DNA of 64,000 bases. It comes from Geosiphon pyriformis uo1 (lineage: Eukaryota > Fungi > Glomeromycota). The position numbers and the translations under genes were made by a program. Under the pieces are notes generated by a model, which saw nothing but the letters and a program-made list of their open reading frames with translations, had not been told where the DNA came from and ran no database searches. The stretch lies in assembly GCA_016748015.1 (NCBI GenBank), contig JAAOMT010000435.1, positions 62,001-126,000 of the forward strand. Direction: 5' to 3'. Of this stretch, positions 12,708-25,173 are shown piece by piece (within the stretch, counting starts at the first letter, position 1; every line of letters starts with the position of its first letter).

Positions 12708-14366
12708 CTATTCAACTTTAACATCAGTTGCGTCCACTTTTTCAGGCTCAACAGCTTCCGTACTTTGTTCTCCTGCCTTTTTCTTCTTGTTTTTCTTCTT
12801 ATTAGGCCTTATGTTCGTAGATAATAATTTCAGAATCTCTTCGTTTTCCAATTTCTTATCACTTTTTATCACTTCTGAGTCATAAAGTGAGTTAGTGATC
12901 CTAAGGGAACCACTTTTGGTCAAAAGAACTGTAAAAAAGAATTGAGCGACAAATTCATCTATAAATTTCATTGAAATAACGTTAATCACGAGACTTATTA
13001 TCTTTAAAAGATTTCAATAAACAAAATTGAAAGGAACCTTCTTTTTCTTGATATACGTCGTATGCTGATACCAAACCATGCGAGGCACATTCCACTATAC
13101 CCATTCTTGCTTTTTTCTCATCCGCCAATGAACGTAAAGGGAATGGGAAAGAGCCAAATTTTTCCCGAACCTCATTGAAGACTTCACGTGAAGTCTTCAT
13201 CTTCAACAAATAAGTGACATCAGTTTTTTTGTAAATGGTTGTTCGCACACTCGAGTTCTTTGGCTAAATTAGACAGAAGAATAAAATTAAAGAAAGGATC
13301 TTAGTTTGGTATTTAAAAAATCCGAAAAATCAGCCATTACAAACCTTGCCTTCTCCTGACGAAATTAATATATCAACACCATAGACTTCATTCTCGGCGA
13401 ATTCGACGCGTTCAAACTCGCGTTTGTGAGTTTCGTTTGGATTAAGAATTATTTGTTTCTTACCTTCGATTTCGTTTCTCTCTTGTTGGTGAGACAGCAT
13501 TCCTACATCATAAATTAATTGAATACAGCTTGGATATTAAATATATAAGGTCTATAAGAGATTTCGTCTCTCGACTACCTTCTACGGAGGTAGCGTCAAA
13601 GGATTTCGCAATTTTTTGGATCGTTTCAGTCACAGCCATATTTTGCAAACCAGGCCTGATCAATCTAACAGCAGCCTCAGCGGCTAAATGCGCAGCGGTT
13701 ATCACATCTGCTCGGCGACCTCTAACAGGATTATCTTTTGATGAACCTACAACAAAAGTGGTGGCAGTGATAGCTGCATAGCCATCAATCTGTGCGCCCA
13801 ATTGAACTTTGACTAGATCACCATTCTTAAGGGTTAAGGCCGCCTCGGGATCAGATGGCAGGGGTGAAAAGTGGCAAATGATGTTGTTAACACATATACA
13901 TGTAGGAAACGCAATTCCTAGTCAAGTTCAACAGCATCCAATTAGATTTAAATGAACAAAATAGAGTGTAAGAAATGAAAAATCTCAACCTACCTTTTGG
14001 GATCTTGAGCTTTACATAAAGATCTTTGACACTATCTTCGATCTCCTTATCCCCTAATTTACAAAGATCAAGGATTTTCGTGCCATCTAAAGCAGCCCCA
14101 ACTACTTTCTTAAGAACTCCTATTAAATTGCGAGAGAGCAATTATTATTATAAACTTTAAAGATATAAAGTTTTGGCAACAAATAAAATATGCCTCTGAT
14201 GGTCTCCAAAAGCAGTTTTGACAAAGAAATAGAACTATATTCGAGAGGGAAGCTGAGAAATGGAAAACATACGGTTTGATATCTCAGCAGCTGTTGTATA
14301 TTTAGTAACAATTTCCGTGTTTTCAATGCTCGGTAGCTCCTCATTATCAGTGCTTTTGTCGGCCAT
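12708..14366 (-). CDS. PA2G4: Proliferation-associated 2G4/Ebp1 (Cdb4 curved-DNA-binding protein, inactive M24 fold), 6 exons
   Basis: VTKYTTAAEISN, GIAFPTCI, LGAQIDGY, GMLSHQQ, RTTIYKK, YLLKMKTSR, VAQFFFTVLL, Lys-rich tail. Confidence 0.92.
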
Positions 14367-14687
14367 GCTTTTTTAACCCGCAGAAGACAAAAGTGTGGCG
14401 TCTTATGTGAGATTTAATATTTTTAAAACCAATTAATTTCTTGCATTCATGATGACGTCACGTACTTTATATCAAAATTTTCTTATTTCTATGTTTGAGC
14501 AAAAAGTCAAACTATTTTAATTTTCAGAAGCTTAGACTCGTTAGCCCTGCTGGTAGAAAAATATTGAGGTGAAATTGAAATCGACTGAACAATTTCAATT
14601 CAAAAAATTTGTTCCTCTATTAAAATACCGTCTTATTGATACTCGCAGCTTGCAAATTTACATCCGAATTTATTGATCAAATAAAAA
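14367..14687. promoter_or_regulatory. Short divergent (bidirectional) promoter between PA2G4 and QCR8 with a CRE/ATF palindrome TGACGTCA at 14453-14460
   Basis: Head-to-head start codons 321 bp apart; perfect TGACGTCA followed by an overlapping CACGT. Confidence 0.5.
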
Positions 14688-14960
14688 ATGGGTGGTCCAA
14701 CACACCGTTGGTGGGGGAATTTGGGTGGACCTGTCCAACGTGGGATTGTCACATATTCTTTATCCCCATTCGAACAACGTGCGTTTGCTGGTGTTTTGAA
14801 ATATGGGATATTTAATGCCTATCGACGCATCGCAGAACAGCTTCCTTATTTTGGGATTCCAATGTTGTTGGCATATAGCGTTTATAGATGGGGGAATGCG
14901 CGATATCATTATTTACAATCGAAAGCTGGTCATGCCGAATTGGTGGCCTTAAGCGGTTAG
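14688..14960 (+). CDS. QCR8: Cytochrome bc1 complex subunit 8 (UcrQ)
   Basis: MGG..WWGNLGGPVQRGIVTYSLSPFEQRAFAG..FN..RR, one TM helix, YLQSKAG; intronless. Confidence 0.95.
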   Translation: MGGPTHRWWGNLGGPVQRGIVTYSLSPFEQRAFAGVLKYGIFNAYRRIAEQLPYFGIPMLLAYSVYRWGNARYHYLQSKAGHAELVALSG

Positions 14961-15320
14961 CTGTAGTGAAATGCTCGTTACTTAGAAAATGATCTTAGTC
15001 CTGATACTTTATATGGTCCATTATTCATCTTGGAACAAGTACTCATAATCAGCACTTAAAGTAATAATATTCGCGACGACAAGAATGATTAATATTTTTA
15101 ATAGATCCTTGCGCGAATATATTTCGAAAACAGAATATTACAAAAAGGCTATACATACGCAACCAACAAAAGAAAAAGAAATTTAAAAGTAAAAGCTACT
15201 TCGAATAGAGAATTTGGTTGTTCTTTCTAATGGCAAGCATTGAAGGACAACATAGATTTGCATCTCTTGCTAACGTGCTCAATAAATTTAGAGAAAAAGT
15301 CCTTCGAATATCATCTCTAT

Positions 15321-18300
15321 TTATGCCAAATAATTATATACCCGCCTGTCCAAAATAAAAGAAGCCATTAATACCATGTTAAAAAAAAATTCTCCCAATG
15401 ACTCTTACCTGTCCCCAGGTGCCCTTTCTAGATATTCTCTATCAATTAACGCTTCAATCCGCTTCTTAATCATCCCAGGATTGGGTACAAATCTTGGGTT
15501 TAGTTGTCGCGTTACTTCTGCGATTAACAGATTGTGTTCCATAGTTTTTCTGTCTTTCATAATCCTAACGATTGCCGCCTCGGTCTGATGCTTTCTAGCT
15601 TCTTCCACTTTTTCACGCGTATCCTTCCTTTCTCCGTCCGTTTCTACTTTACTAGCTACAGTTTGAATTTTAATACGCTGAAGAGGAGCTGAGAAATCCT
15701 TGTGGAAAAAAAACTTGTCTTGAGCATTGATCTCTTTGGATTTCGGCTCTTTTAGGAGGATCTTATATTTTGCACAAGCTAGTGATTGTAAATTTCGTTT
15801 CAAGTCTACCTCGGGAATGTCGCTTTCACCCTTTATTTGCTGTGAGATATTTGGATATTGTGAGTAATAGACTTGCCTTCTGCGTTATTCGGTAATTGAA
15901 TATGAATTGGACGCTTTTCCAACCTAACATAATTTCTAAAAGGAGACAAAAATATAGACTCCTGCCACAAACAAAAATTAAACAACAATACATACGTCAT
16001 ATGAAAGGCTTTGTCCTTCCGGTAAATCATTGAACATTAGCAAAACTACCATTTGATAGGTTGAAACATTAAGGTCATGCTTGCGAGTCTTGAAACTGGC
16101 ACGTATGTCGGCACTTCCCTACAAATTATATTATGTAAATATTTTTCGACGTAGATAGAATAGGTATTTTAACAGCATCTACCATATTAGACTGCCATGT
16201 TAGTCTACGACCACTATGGCGACCTAAATAGAATTTTTGGAAGGTCTCGCACGCTTTGGTAATTTCAGCAGGGAAGTTACATCGTGGACTTGCCGACAAA
16301 TTCATGGGCCAGAAAGTTGAAGTTAAAACCGTTACACTGAGATCCATTCTGGGCCGCTGATTTAAATAGGGAGCGTTAAAAGTGTATCTTGATTTGCAAA
16401 TATAACAAAATATTTCGAAAGAAAATACCTCCATATCTGGCTTATCTAAAAAGTCTTTGAAATCGGCCATTGTGTCGGTAGAAATTCGCATATCATTAAA
16501 CATTCCCTCTAGTTTTGTGGTGAATTGATACCCACACTCGATCTAAAGGGAGCCTTTGAATTTTATTGAAGATCGAGAAAATTACAAATAATTATAAGAT
16601 TTGATCAAATATTCACCTTGAGTTTCGCAATCATACCCCTCTCGGCGTCATCGCTCACACTACGTTGAAGAAGTAACCGTTTTGCTAAATGTTGTTTGTA
16701 ATATCTTTCAAAAACGTCTTTTTCATTTATGAAACGAAACAATGTAATAGTTTTATCAAGAACATTATCCACTTCTTCTTCTGTTTTCTACAAGATATAT
16801 AATTTAGAAAATCATAAGGAGTAAAAAGATTTTGCAGATTTTTTTCATTCCAAACATACCCCTTTGAGTCCTTTTTTCAAATTTTCATCAATAAACAGGG
16901 ATATAAATTCAGGAGATTTTGGATTTTTATTGATAAAATCTTCAAAAGCCTAATGAATCAAAAATATCAGATTTCATTTTGTTTCATCCAGGATAATCTG
17001 AATTTCAAGGCTGTACTTAATCACCTCGTTGAAAGATGTTTGAAAGGCCTTGTCATTCACTAGTGCTTGGCTTAATACTTTGTCGAATTTATCTTTGAGA
17101 TCTAAAACCTCTTGAACCCATCTTATTGCAACCGCAGTCCCAGTTGACTTGTCGCCCCCTGCTGAACTACTACTTCCTTCGGCTGAAGGTGACGTGATAG
17201 AACTTGATCCACTCGTGACAGTTTCATTGATAGCTTTACCGAGATCGCGGATATGTCCGCTAATAGCTCCCTTCATTTCCTCGTGCCCTTGTGGCACTCG
17301 ACCAAATAGTTTATACATCCGTGCAAGGTCTGTATCAATTCGTGAAAAATTATAGTGTATGCAAAATTTTGTACTGCTGCTTTCATCAACATTCAACGTA
17401 ACTAACCATCCATTTTCTCATTACTTAACATAGGAATTAACCCTGAATTTTCCATCTGAAAGAAATATCGACTTTTAACAATAATTATCTAAATTTGAGG
17501 GACATTCTTTGAAAATTCATACTTCAATCACTGTTTTAAGATGTTTCGAAATCAATTGTTCCTCAACAATGCCCCGAATTTTGGGTTCGGTTGTGGATGA
17601 TAGATAGTGACGTATCCGTTGCTCTTCTTCGTTCAAACGCTTTTCAACCTGGAACGAGGAGTAACATTCAGAATTTTGTATGAAAATCGGTTACTCACAA
17701 AAACGGACGATTAAAACCTTTTTCATATACTCGGGAGCGTCACACTTTTCAACAAGAGTTTGTCCTTCCAAATTATAATAATCGGCACTTGTTTCTAAAA
17801 ATTTATTTTCGAAATCGGTTGCATAAACAGTATCCCCTGTTTGGAGTGAATCTGTTAACTCCAACAACATATCCATAGCAGCTTTGACAGCTGATCGGTC
17901 AATTATTTCGTTTTCGCGCTCAAAATGTATTTGTTGCAAGAGAACATTCAAAAGATGATCTTGAATAGAATAATTAGGGGAGCGAACAATTGTATCTCGG
18001 AACAAATCTAACCCCAAATCATATACTAATGGAACGCTAGCGGTTTTGGCATATACACGGTCCTTTGAAAAAAAAATGAATTGAGGACTGAGCTTAATAC
18101 AGATATTATAAAGTCTCACATACAATAGTTTTCTTACCATGTACATTAGAATGTCTCTAATCATCAACATGCATGTAGTATGATCCTCCCAGACACTCTT
18201 TAATACTTTTAAGAAACTTGCACCACTTGCACCATTTGCAGTACCTCCATGAGAGCTGCTTGCACCAGACACGGGAAACGCTGGTACTATTTGTGCTTGC

Positions 18301-18893
18301 GCAACTTCTTCTAAATGTTGAGTAATGACCTCCTTAACCCCATTATACAATTTGTCGCCATTTTTATGAAGGACCATATTATAAGCATTACGGTATAGTT
18401 CTTCAAAACTGAGGATCGAGGCATTTTTTTTGTGAATTTCTCGAATTGCTTGTGCCAATCTATCCCAATTATCATTAAACTGGCTCTCCGTGGCATTCTA
18501 TTAAGGGAGAGGGTAAAGATAAAGTTGATGAATAGTTTTATCATTACCACATAAGAGATTATTCTCCCAGCCTAGGATCAATAGGTTGTTACGCGTGGCC
18601 TTGATTGAGATATCTTTTTCTCCCAGCCTTAAACAATTCTTCTTAATCTTGAGGTACTTGAACATCAATTATTGCACCAGTGGTTTGGACTCACACCAGC
18701 TGCGCCACTCGCAATGGTTGAAAGCAAATAGTAGTCAAATATTTTCCCGACAAGGCTTCTACTAGGGCCTCTGGCTTGGAACCAGATTGCTTGGGTTGAT
18801 TTCAAGGAGCAATCGCGTCAAAGTAATTCAAGGATTACTTACGGGCTTCTTTGGAGGCTTTATCTTTGCTTTTTGGCGCTTTGCGTTCATCAT
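15321..18893 (-). CDS. CUL3: Cullin-3, about 13 exons
   Basis: [49 protein letters not shown], neddylation motif [29 protein letters not shown]. Confidence 0.95.
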
Positions 18894-19589
18894 TTTGAAA
18901 ATTTCTTGAGCGGAGGTGAGCCTTAGGTTTTTTGTGGCAAATGGGGAAAATCCCGTTGTAAGAACCAGAAAGTAGAGCGAAAGGCTTATTAGGAAGCTTT
19001 ACTCAGTTTCATATATTAGTTTAGTTTTATGACCATGTATATTATGGTAACCCTAATTATGGAATGAATAAACAATGCTGACCACTTAAATGAGTTTATT
19101 CCTGCAACCTTACCATTCATGATTAGCTGTATTGTAAAAAATATTTGAATTAATTATTCACTTTTAAAACTAAAATTAATACACATAATAAAAATGGTTT
19201 TGGTTTTGGTTTTTTGTATATATAAACAATTTAAATTATTTAAAATAAAAATTACATAAAATACAACTAATAAAATATGTAAATATAATATTAATTACAA
19301 TTATTAAAATTATATTTTTAAAATATTTGTTCTAAATTAACTAAAAAAATGATTATTTATATAATTTTTAAGTTAAACAAATTTAATTATGTATTTTAAA
19401 TATTTTTTATAAATATTAAATAATTTAAATTATTATTTAAAAATAAAATTACAAATATAATAAATAATTTAAAAACACAATTAAATTACAACTTATCATA
19501 ATATGTTTTAAATATATAATTGGTTTTTTTAGTTAATTTAAAATCTTAAAACTATTATTTTATAATAATAATAATAACTTTTTTTTGTA

Positions 19590-19826
19590 TTTTTATAATT
19601 GTTTCTACTCTGGTATTTGGTACTACTTTTAAGATCAAATTGACTTATATTAAAATTGTTTTTCAATTAGTATATGGTTTTTTGGATGCAAAGTTAATAT
19701 TAAAGAACAATGTAAAACTCTTTTATATGGAGTTTATTTCTTAAGAGTCTTTGGAAGCAGTTTTTTTAATTAAGCTTACAAGTTCTGTTTATTTGACTAC
19801 TTTTAAAATTACTAAGTCTTTAGTAG
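19590..19826 (+). mobile_element. Degenerate LINE-like ORF1, 5' part, interrupted by element C
   Basis: Frame ...VYLTTFKITKSLV continues at 56550 (VSETGFFSV...) once element C and one GTAG copy are removed. Confidence 0.6.
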
Positions 19827-20309
19827 TATTACAGGTTGGAATAACAAGCTAATAAATAGCAAAGGAGAACAGAATTGTAGGGTAATAAAAAAAATCAAAG
19901 AGAATTCAACTTCAAAAAGTAAATTAAATAAGTATGAATTCAATGTACAAGATCAGTCTTATAAAATATCTCAGTCACTATACTTTTCAAAGATAACCAG
20001 AGAATCTGAAAGTAAAGGAATAGTCCATACTGTCAACAAATGATCATGCCTGATATAATTCTATGCCTCACATTGGCACTCTTAGAATTCAATATATATT
20101 TTTCAGTTATGCTTTATTCAATAATCTTCAAATACTACAATTATACAAATCAAGAAAAAGATAAGAAATAACCAACAAGTAATCTTTTATCTCAAGATGT
20201 TTAGATACTTGAAGGTAGGAAAAGAGAAATTAGTGATAAGAGAATGATTAAAATGAAAGTTGTTATTTTATTTATTTGATTTCCTTGATTTTTACATACT
20301 TTTCTACAG

Positions 20310-21155
20310 TGTTACGAGTGATTATTTGGAGTGTTGAATCAAATAACAAACCTGTAACTTGGTGCTAAAAGTTATTCACGTTGATGTTATTAATCTGAAG
20401 ATTTTGTATCTGAAAGTTTTGGTTTGAGTTCTTTGTATAATAGACAGAGATTCAATAGTTGTTTTATCTGTAGCTTCCCAGAATTGCAATTCTGTCAATT
20501 TTTTTTTCGGCATGATAGTCAGTAATCCTCTGGTAAGTATTCTGTATCTTTTGTACGTGTCCTATCCTCTCACAGAGGTCTTTTACCAAACCATCCTTGA
20601 TGTCAGTAATCTAGCACTTTATTTAACCAATTAATGCACAACAATAAAATCAAAATAAAATAAAGAAAAGAAATAAAAGAAAATTATAAATAAGCCAAGG
20701 CAATTTTGCAAGTCAATATCCCATCAATAGCCATGATCAAGAGTTATTATTCCAGTGAGTTTAAGTATCAATTACTATCAACATGAAGTATTGATAGTGG
20801 AATTTAGGTTTGAAATACCAAATAGTTATTTATTGTGTTTGGAAGATTGTCTAGATGAAATCTAAACTTGAAGGTCTGTTTTTTTAGCTTCTAATCCTAC
20901 TGCTATATATACATAATTGAGATTCCTCAATTTTTCAATTCTTTACCACAGGAATCCTGGGATTCCTGAAATCCTGCAATTTCTTTAAGAGGAATCCTGG
21001 AATCCTGGAATTCTGTGATTTCTTGTGAGAATCTTGTAATTCCTGGAATTCTGCAATTCCTGAGAGGAATCCTGGAATTTCATATTTTACTATGTCTACT
21101 TCTGATTAGCTAATAACTATGCTAATATATATTCCCTATATTTCTATGAATAACA
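20310..21155 (-). repeat. Element B 3' LTR
   Basis: TGTTA...TAACA; PPT adjacent; matches 39245-40090. Confidence 0.92.
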
Positions 21156-21169
21156 TTATTCCCTCTTTT

Positions 21170-21798
21170 TAATATTGAGCTCCATTAAAATCTAACTCTG
21201 TTAATTCCTCTTCTTAAAGTATTTTCTGAATTTCATTTTCAAGAATTACTTGTGTTATTTGAGTTTGTAATTCATTAAATTGAGTGTTGGTAATCTTTAC
21301 TAATTGATTACTGGTAACCATATCTATTGCTTTGTTGAATAAGATTTCTGGTCGATCCTGAAATGCTTTGTGTATTTGGTATATGGCTCAGACCTGTGTG
21401 AATAAGTTGTTCTTTCCCACAAAATATTCTAATTGTTGAAGTATTCTTGTATCGAATAATCACTTTGTTTTATCCATATATAGATTCTGGATATTCACGT
21501 ATTGTTCCAAGTAAAAATAACAATAGTTTCTTGGAAATTGTTGTATCTACCAATTTCAAGTTTCTTTAGTCAACTTTTGGTATAGTGACTCTTTTGTCGA
21601 CTTTTTTATTGCTAATTTTACTTTTGTCATGATTTTGTCAATAGTATTTTCTGTTTTCTTCTGTGTTTTATGTGGTAATGTCTTTTTAGTGTCTTGATAT
21701 CGGATGATTTGTTGATTAATTGTAATTTTCATTTCTTGGTGTTGAATCAATTGAAAGAGTTGTTGTGTTAGTAAGTGGATGTTGTCTGTAATTTCCAT
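21170..21798 (-). pseudogene. Element B extra ORF3, unknown function
   Basis: MEITDNIHLLTQQL..YCYFYLEQY..AIYQIHKAF..LVKITNTQFNEL, with frameshift and stops. Confidence 0.6.
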
Positions 21799-21961
21799 TT
21801 TTCTAATATGTCTTGTCACATTTACCATGTCTTTATATATTTTTTTGATGGATTAATTAACATGTTGTTGTCAATGATGATAATTGGTTCCAGATTTCGT
21901 GGAATTTCCTTTGGTTGGACTATTATCTTTTGTATTTCTAATTATAGAATATTACTGGTGG

Positions 21962-22923
21962 TGTTACTGGAGGTTTTTGGTCTCTTTTCTTGAATGTTGT
22001 TAATGTCTGTTTGTTGTGAATTCACATTTCCAGAAAGTAGTTGGACCTCCAGTAACTGAATTTATCTTCAAATTATCTCCTATAATTTGAACTTGCTGAG
22101 CTTATGAGTGAAATAGCCAATTCCATGCCAGTTGTTTTATGTAGTTACATTGTAGTAAACATCAACTCTTTCCCAGGAATTGCTTGTCTAGAAGCTCACT
22201 AAAAATGTGTAGTTATTTTGCTGTGAAAGTCAACTCTTCTACAGGAATCTTGTCTGTAGGCTACCTAATGATTGTAATAAAAAAAGAAAAGAAAAAATAA
22301 AAAAAATGTAAAAGAAATAGGATTTTATCAAGGGAAACGTTTTTTTATCCAGGCCTGGAGTCACTAACAGTTTACTGAAATTGGTAGCTAATCAATTTCA
22401 AAACGTTAGTTGGGTTTTGAGAATTTTCCAAGTACAATAATTTAAAGAGTTTGGTTTTTTTGAATTATTTGATATTTATTTCTTTTTGTGTGTATAGAAA
22501 TGGTTCTAAGTGATAAATTTAAAGTAAGATACATTTTTTTGAAGAGAAAAGCTCTTTTTTTATACAACTTGTCATAACACTATTCTATGAACTTGAACTT
22601 TGCTATTTTCTACAATTTTGCTAAACTAAAAATACATTTCGGCAAACTACAAGTTATTTCTGTGAACTATCAATTATTTCGGCAAATTTTTACAAATTTC
22701 GGCAAACTTTTGAATGTTATATAGTTCGGAGTATTGTATGATTAATCATCGCAATTAGGTTACATTTGTGTTGTGTACAAATTGGGTTATTAATTAAATG
22801 ATAATTTCAAACATTTTGCTAATATAATAAGTGATAATTTGAAATGATAATATATGCTAATTAATGATAGGAATTATAAAATAATTTCATGCTAAATAAT
22901 ATCTCTAATTTTGTCTGGTAACA
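21962..22923 (-). repeat. Element A1 3' LTR
   Basis: TGTTA...TAACA; near-identical to 30531-31513. Confidence 0.93.
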
Positions 22924-22929
22924 TAATCT

Positions 22930-23611
22930 CTTTCTTAAGACTGAGCTCCATTGAAGTCCAAGTACTGTCTGTCATTTCCAGATAATAATCCAAAATTATT
23001 AAAGAAACTTGGTCTGAAAATTGTTGAAATTTCAGTTCTGTGAGCTTTCCAATGTATTGAATCTTCAAAGATTGAAAAATTGGGTTTTGTAGTACATTTT
23101 CACAGGTGTGGAATAGGTCATAAAGTCTAAGAACAGCTCTAAGCCTGTAGCGACTATTTGTTGATCCAGCTGTTGTCTTGAATTTGTTGTGGAGTTGTTT
23201 CTAAATAGCTTCTTTTGTGAGATTTATTGTTGTAAATTCCAGTTTCCGTTCGTAGAGTGTTTTTCCAATGTAAAAATATCTATAAATTGGAGGATATTCA
23301 GTGTTTTCCTCATTGAGACACAGTTGAAGTCTTTGTTGAATTGTAGCATTTGGTGGAATACTAATTGGAGTGAGCATTAGGTTTTCTCTTAAAGCAAGCT
23401 TTAAAAGTTCTGGCAGGTGAATTCCAAAATAACTTCTTGTGTTCTTCTTATATGGGTGATATTTTTGTGAATTTGGGGCTAAATTTATAACTACTTCTGT
23501 TTGGGTATAATTAATGTGGTTTCTAGTAACAGTAATAGATAATTCGGGTATTGTTTTTAAAGCTAACATTAGTTTTTAAGATAATTGTTGAATGTTTTGA
23601 GGAATAGTTAT
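22930..23611 (-). pseudogene. A1 extra ORF3, unknown function
   Basis: TIPQNIQQLS*KLMLALK..YRYFYIGKTL..RAVLRLYDLF..IGKLTELKFQQF; N-terminus matches A2 ORF at 53832. Confidence 0.7.
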
Positions 23612-23736
23612 TATAAGAGATTTGAAATAAAAGAAAATTATTTTTGGTGTATGGGTTTTTATGTTATTTTTTTTTTTTTGTTTTGTTTTTGGTGAGATTG
23701 TTTCTAAATTATAAGGGAATAACTAGTAAAATTAAA

Positions 23737-25122
23737 TTAAGTGTTCAGGTTGGAAGGTTGTTTAATGACAACTATTGGTTCTAAGTTTTGGGGAATATCT
23801 TCGGAATTGACTAAAAGGGAATGTGTACCAATTTGTGGAATTAATGGTTCAGGATTGTTTCTAGAATTATAGTGTTTCAAATAATTTCCATGTGCAACTT
23901 TTGCTAGGATTTTGTCATCAAGTCTTAGCTTGTATGATCCATTGCCTAGGACTTCATGGATAAAGAATAGTTCATCTCATTTATTTTCAAATTTTCCACT
24001 TCATTGTTTTTCAGCCTTGGTTTGGTGTAAAAAAACTTTATTTCCAATTTTAAATTCGTTTGTAACTGGTGGCAGTTTGTTGTCATGTCTTTCTTTTTGT
24101 TGGGCTTGTGAATTTTCAATGTGGGTGGCTGCTATTCATCATTTTCCTTCCAATGTGCTAAGCAGAGTGTAAGCTCTTTGCTGAAGCATTTCTTGGAAAT
24201 TGTTTTCATCAATTGGTTGTGCTGGGTATGTTTTCACTGTGAAACTAATTGGTAATATTGCTGTTTTTCCATAAGTTAAATCAAATGGTATGTGTTTTGT
24301 GGTATCTTGTTTTAGTGTTCTGTATGCTAGCAACACTGATGGAATAAAGATATCTCACTCTTGCTCAAAATCGGTTGAGACTTTGGCTAATGACTCACAC
24401 AATGTTCTGTTAAAATGTTCTACAAGTTCGTTTGTTTGTGGATGGTAGGGCGAAAACAGAGGTTTTTTGACATTGAATTGTTTGTAAATTTCTTGTATCA
24501 GGTTGTTCACAAAGTGTGTCCCCTGATCAGATAAAAGTTCAATTGAACATTTGTGTCTACAAATGATGTCTTCATAAATGAAATTTGCTACTGATTTCAC
24601 ATCTGCTTGTTGAATAGCTCTGGCTTCAGGCCATTTAGTAAGATAGTCTACAGCTACTGCAATATAATGGTTTTTTTGAGTGGTGATAGATAGTGGTCTG
24701 ACTAAATTGATACCAACTCAATCAAAGGGTTGTCCAACTTTAATTAGATTTAATGGTTCAGTAGGGCATGTTCCTCCTCTTCTTTGACAACTATCACAAG
24801 ATTCGACATATTCATGAATGTTTTTTCTTATTCGAGACCAAAAGTAGTATTCTAGTGTTCTTTGGGTGGTGCTATCTTTTCCAAAGTGTGTTGATGAAGG
24901 ATCTGAATGCATGTTGTATAATATGGTCTTTTTTTTTTGTTCTTGTATTAGTCTGAGTGGTTTGTTTGGATTTTTGAAATTTCAATGATAAATAATGTTG
25001 TTGTGTAGAAAATATTGTTTGGCTTGTTGTTGTAGTTGATGTTTTTCATCTAAAGACCAATCTGTTAGGATTGTTAATGTTTCCAAATATTGTTTGAGAT
25101 TGTTATAGTTTTCTGAATTCAT
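23737..25122 (-). pseudogene. A1 integrase ORF
   Basis: MNSENYNNLKQYL start; H..H..CDSC; LLSDQGTHF; QTNELVE. Confidence 0.88.
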
Positions 25123-25173
25123 TGTTTGTTGGCTTTTTTGGTTGGTTAAATTGAGTGTTGGTTTTTGTGTTTT

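Noticed and set aside
19150-19590. Extremely AT-rich block at the gene/TE boundary
   Set aside because: No ORF or recognisable termini; probably heavily decayed repeat DNA and cannot be assigned
23201-23569. ORF3 as an envelope gene
   Set aside because: No signal peptide, TM anchor or Env-like Cys pattern, and it is too short
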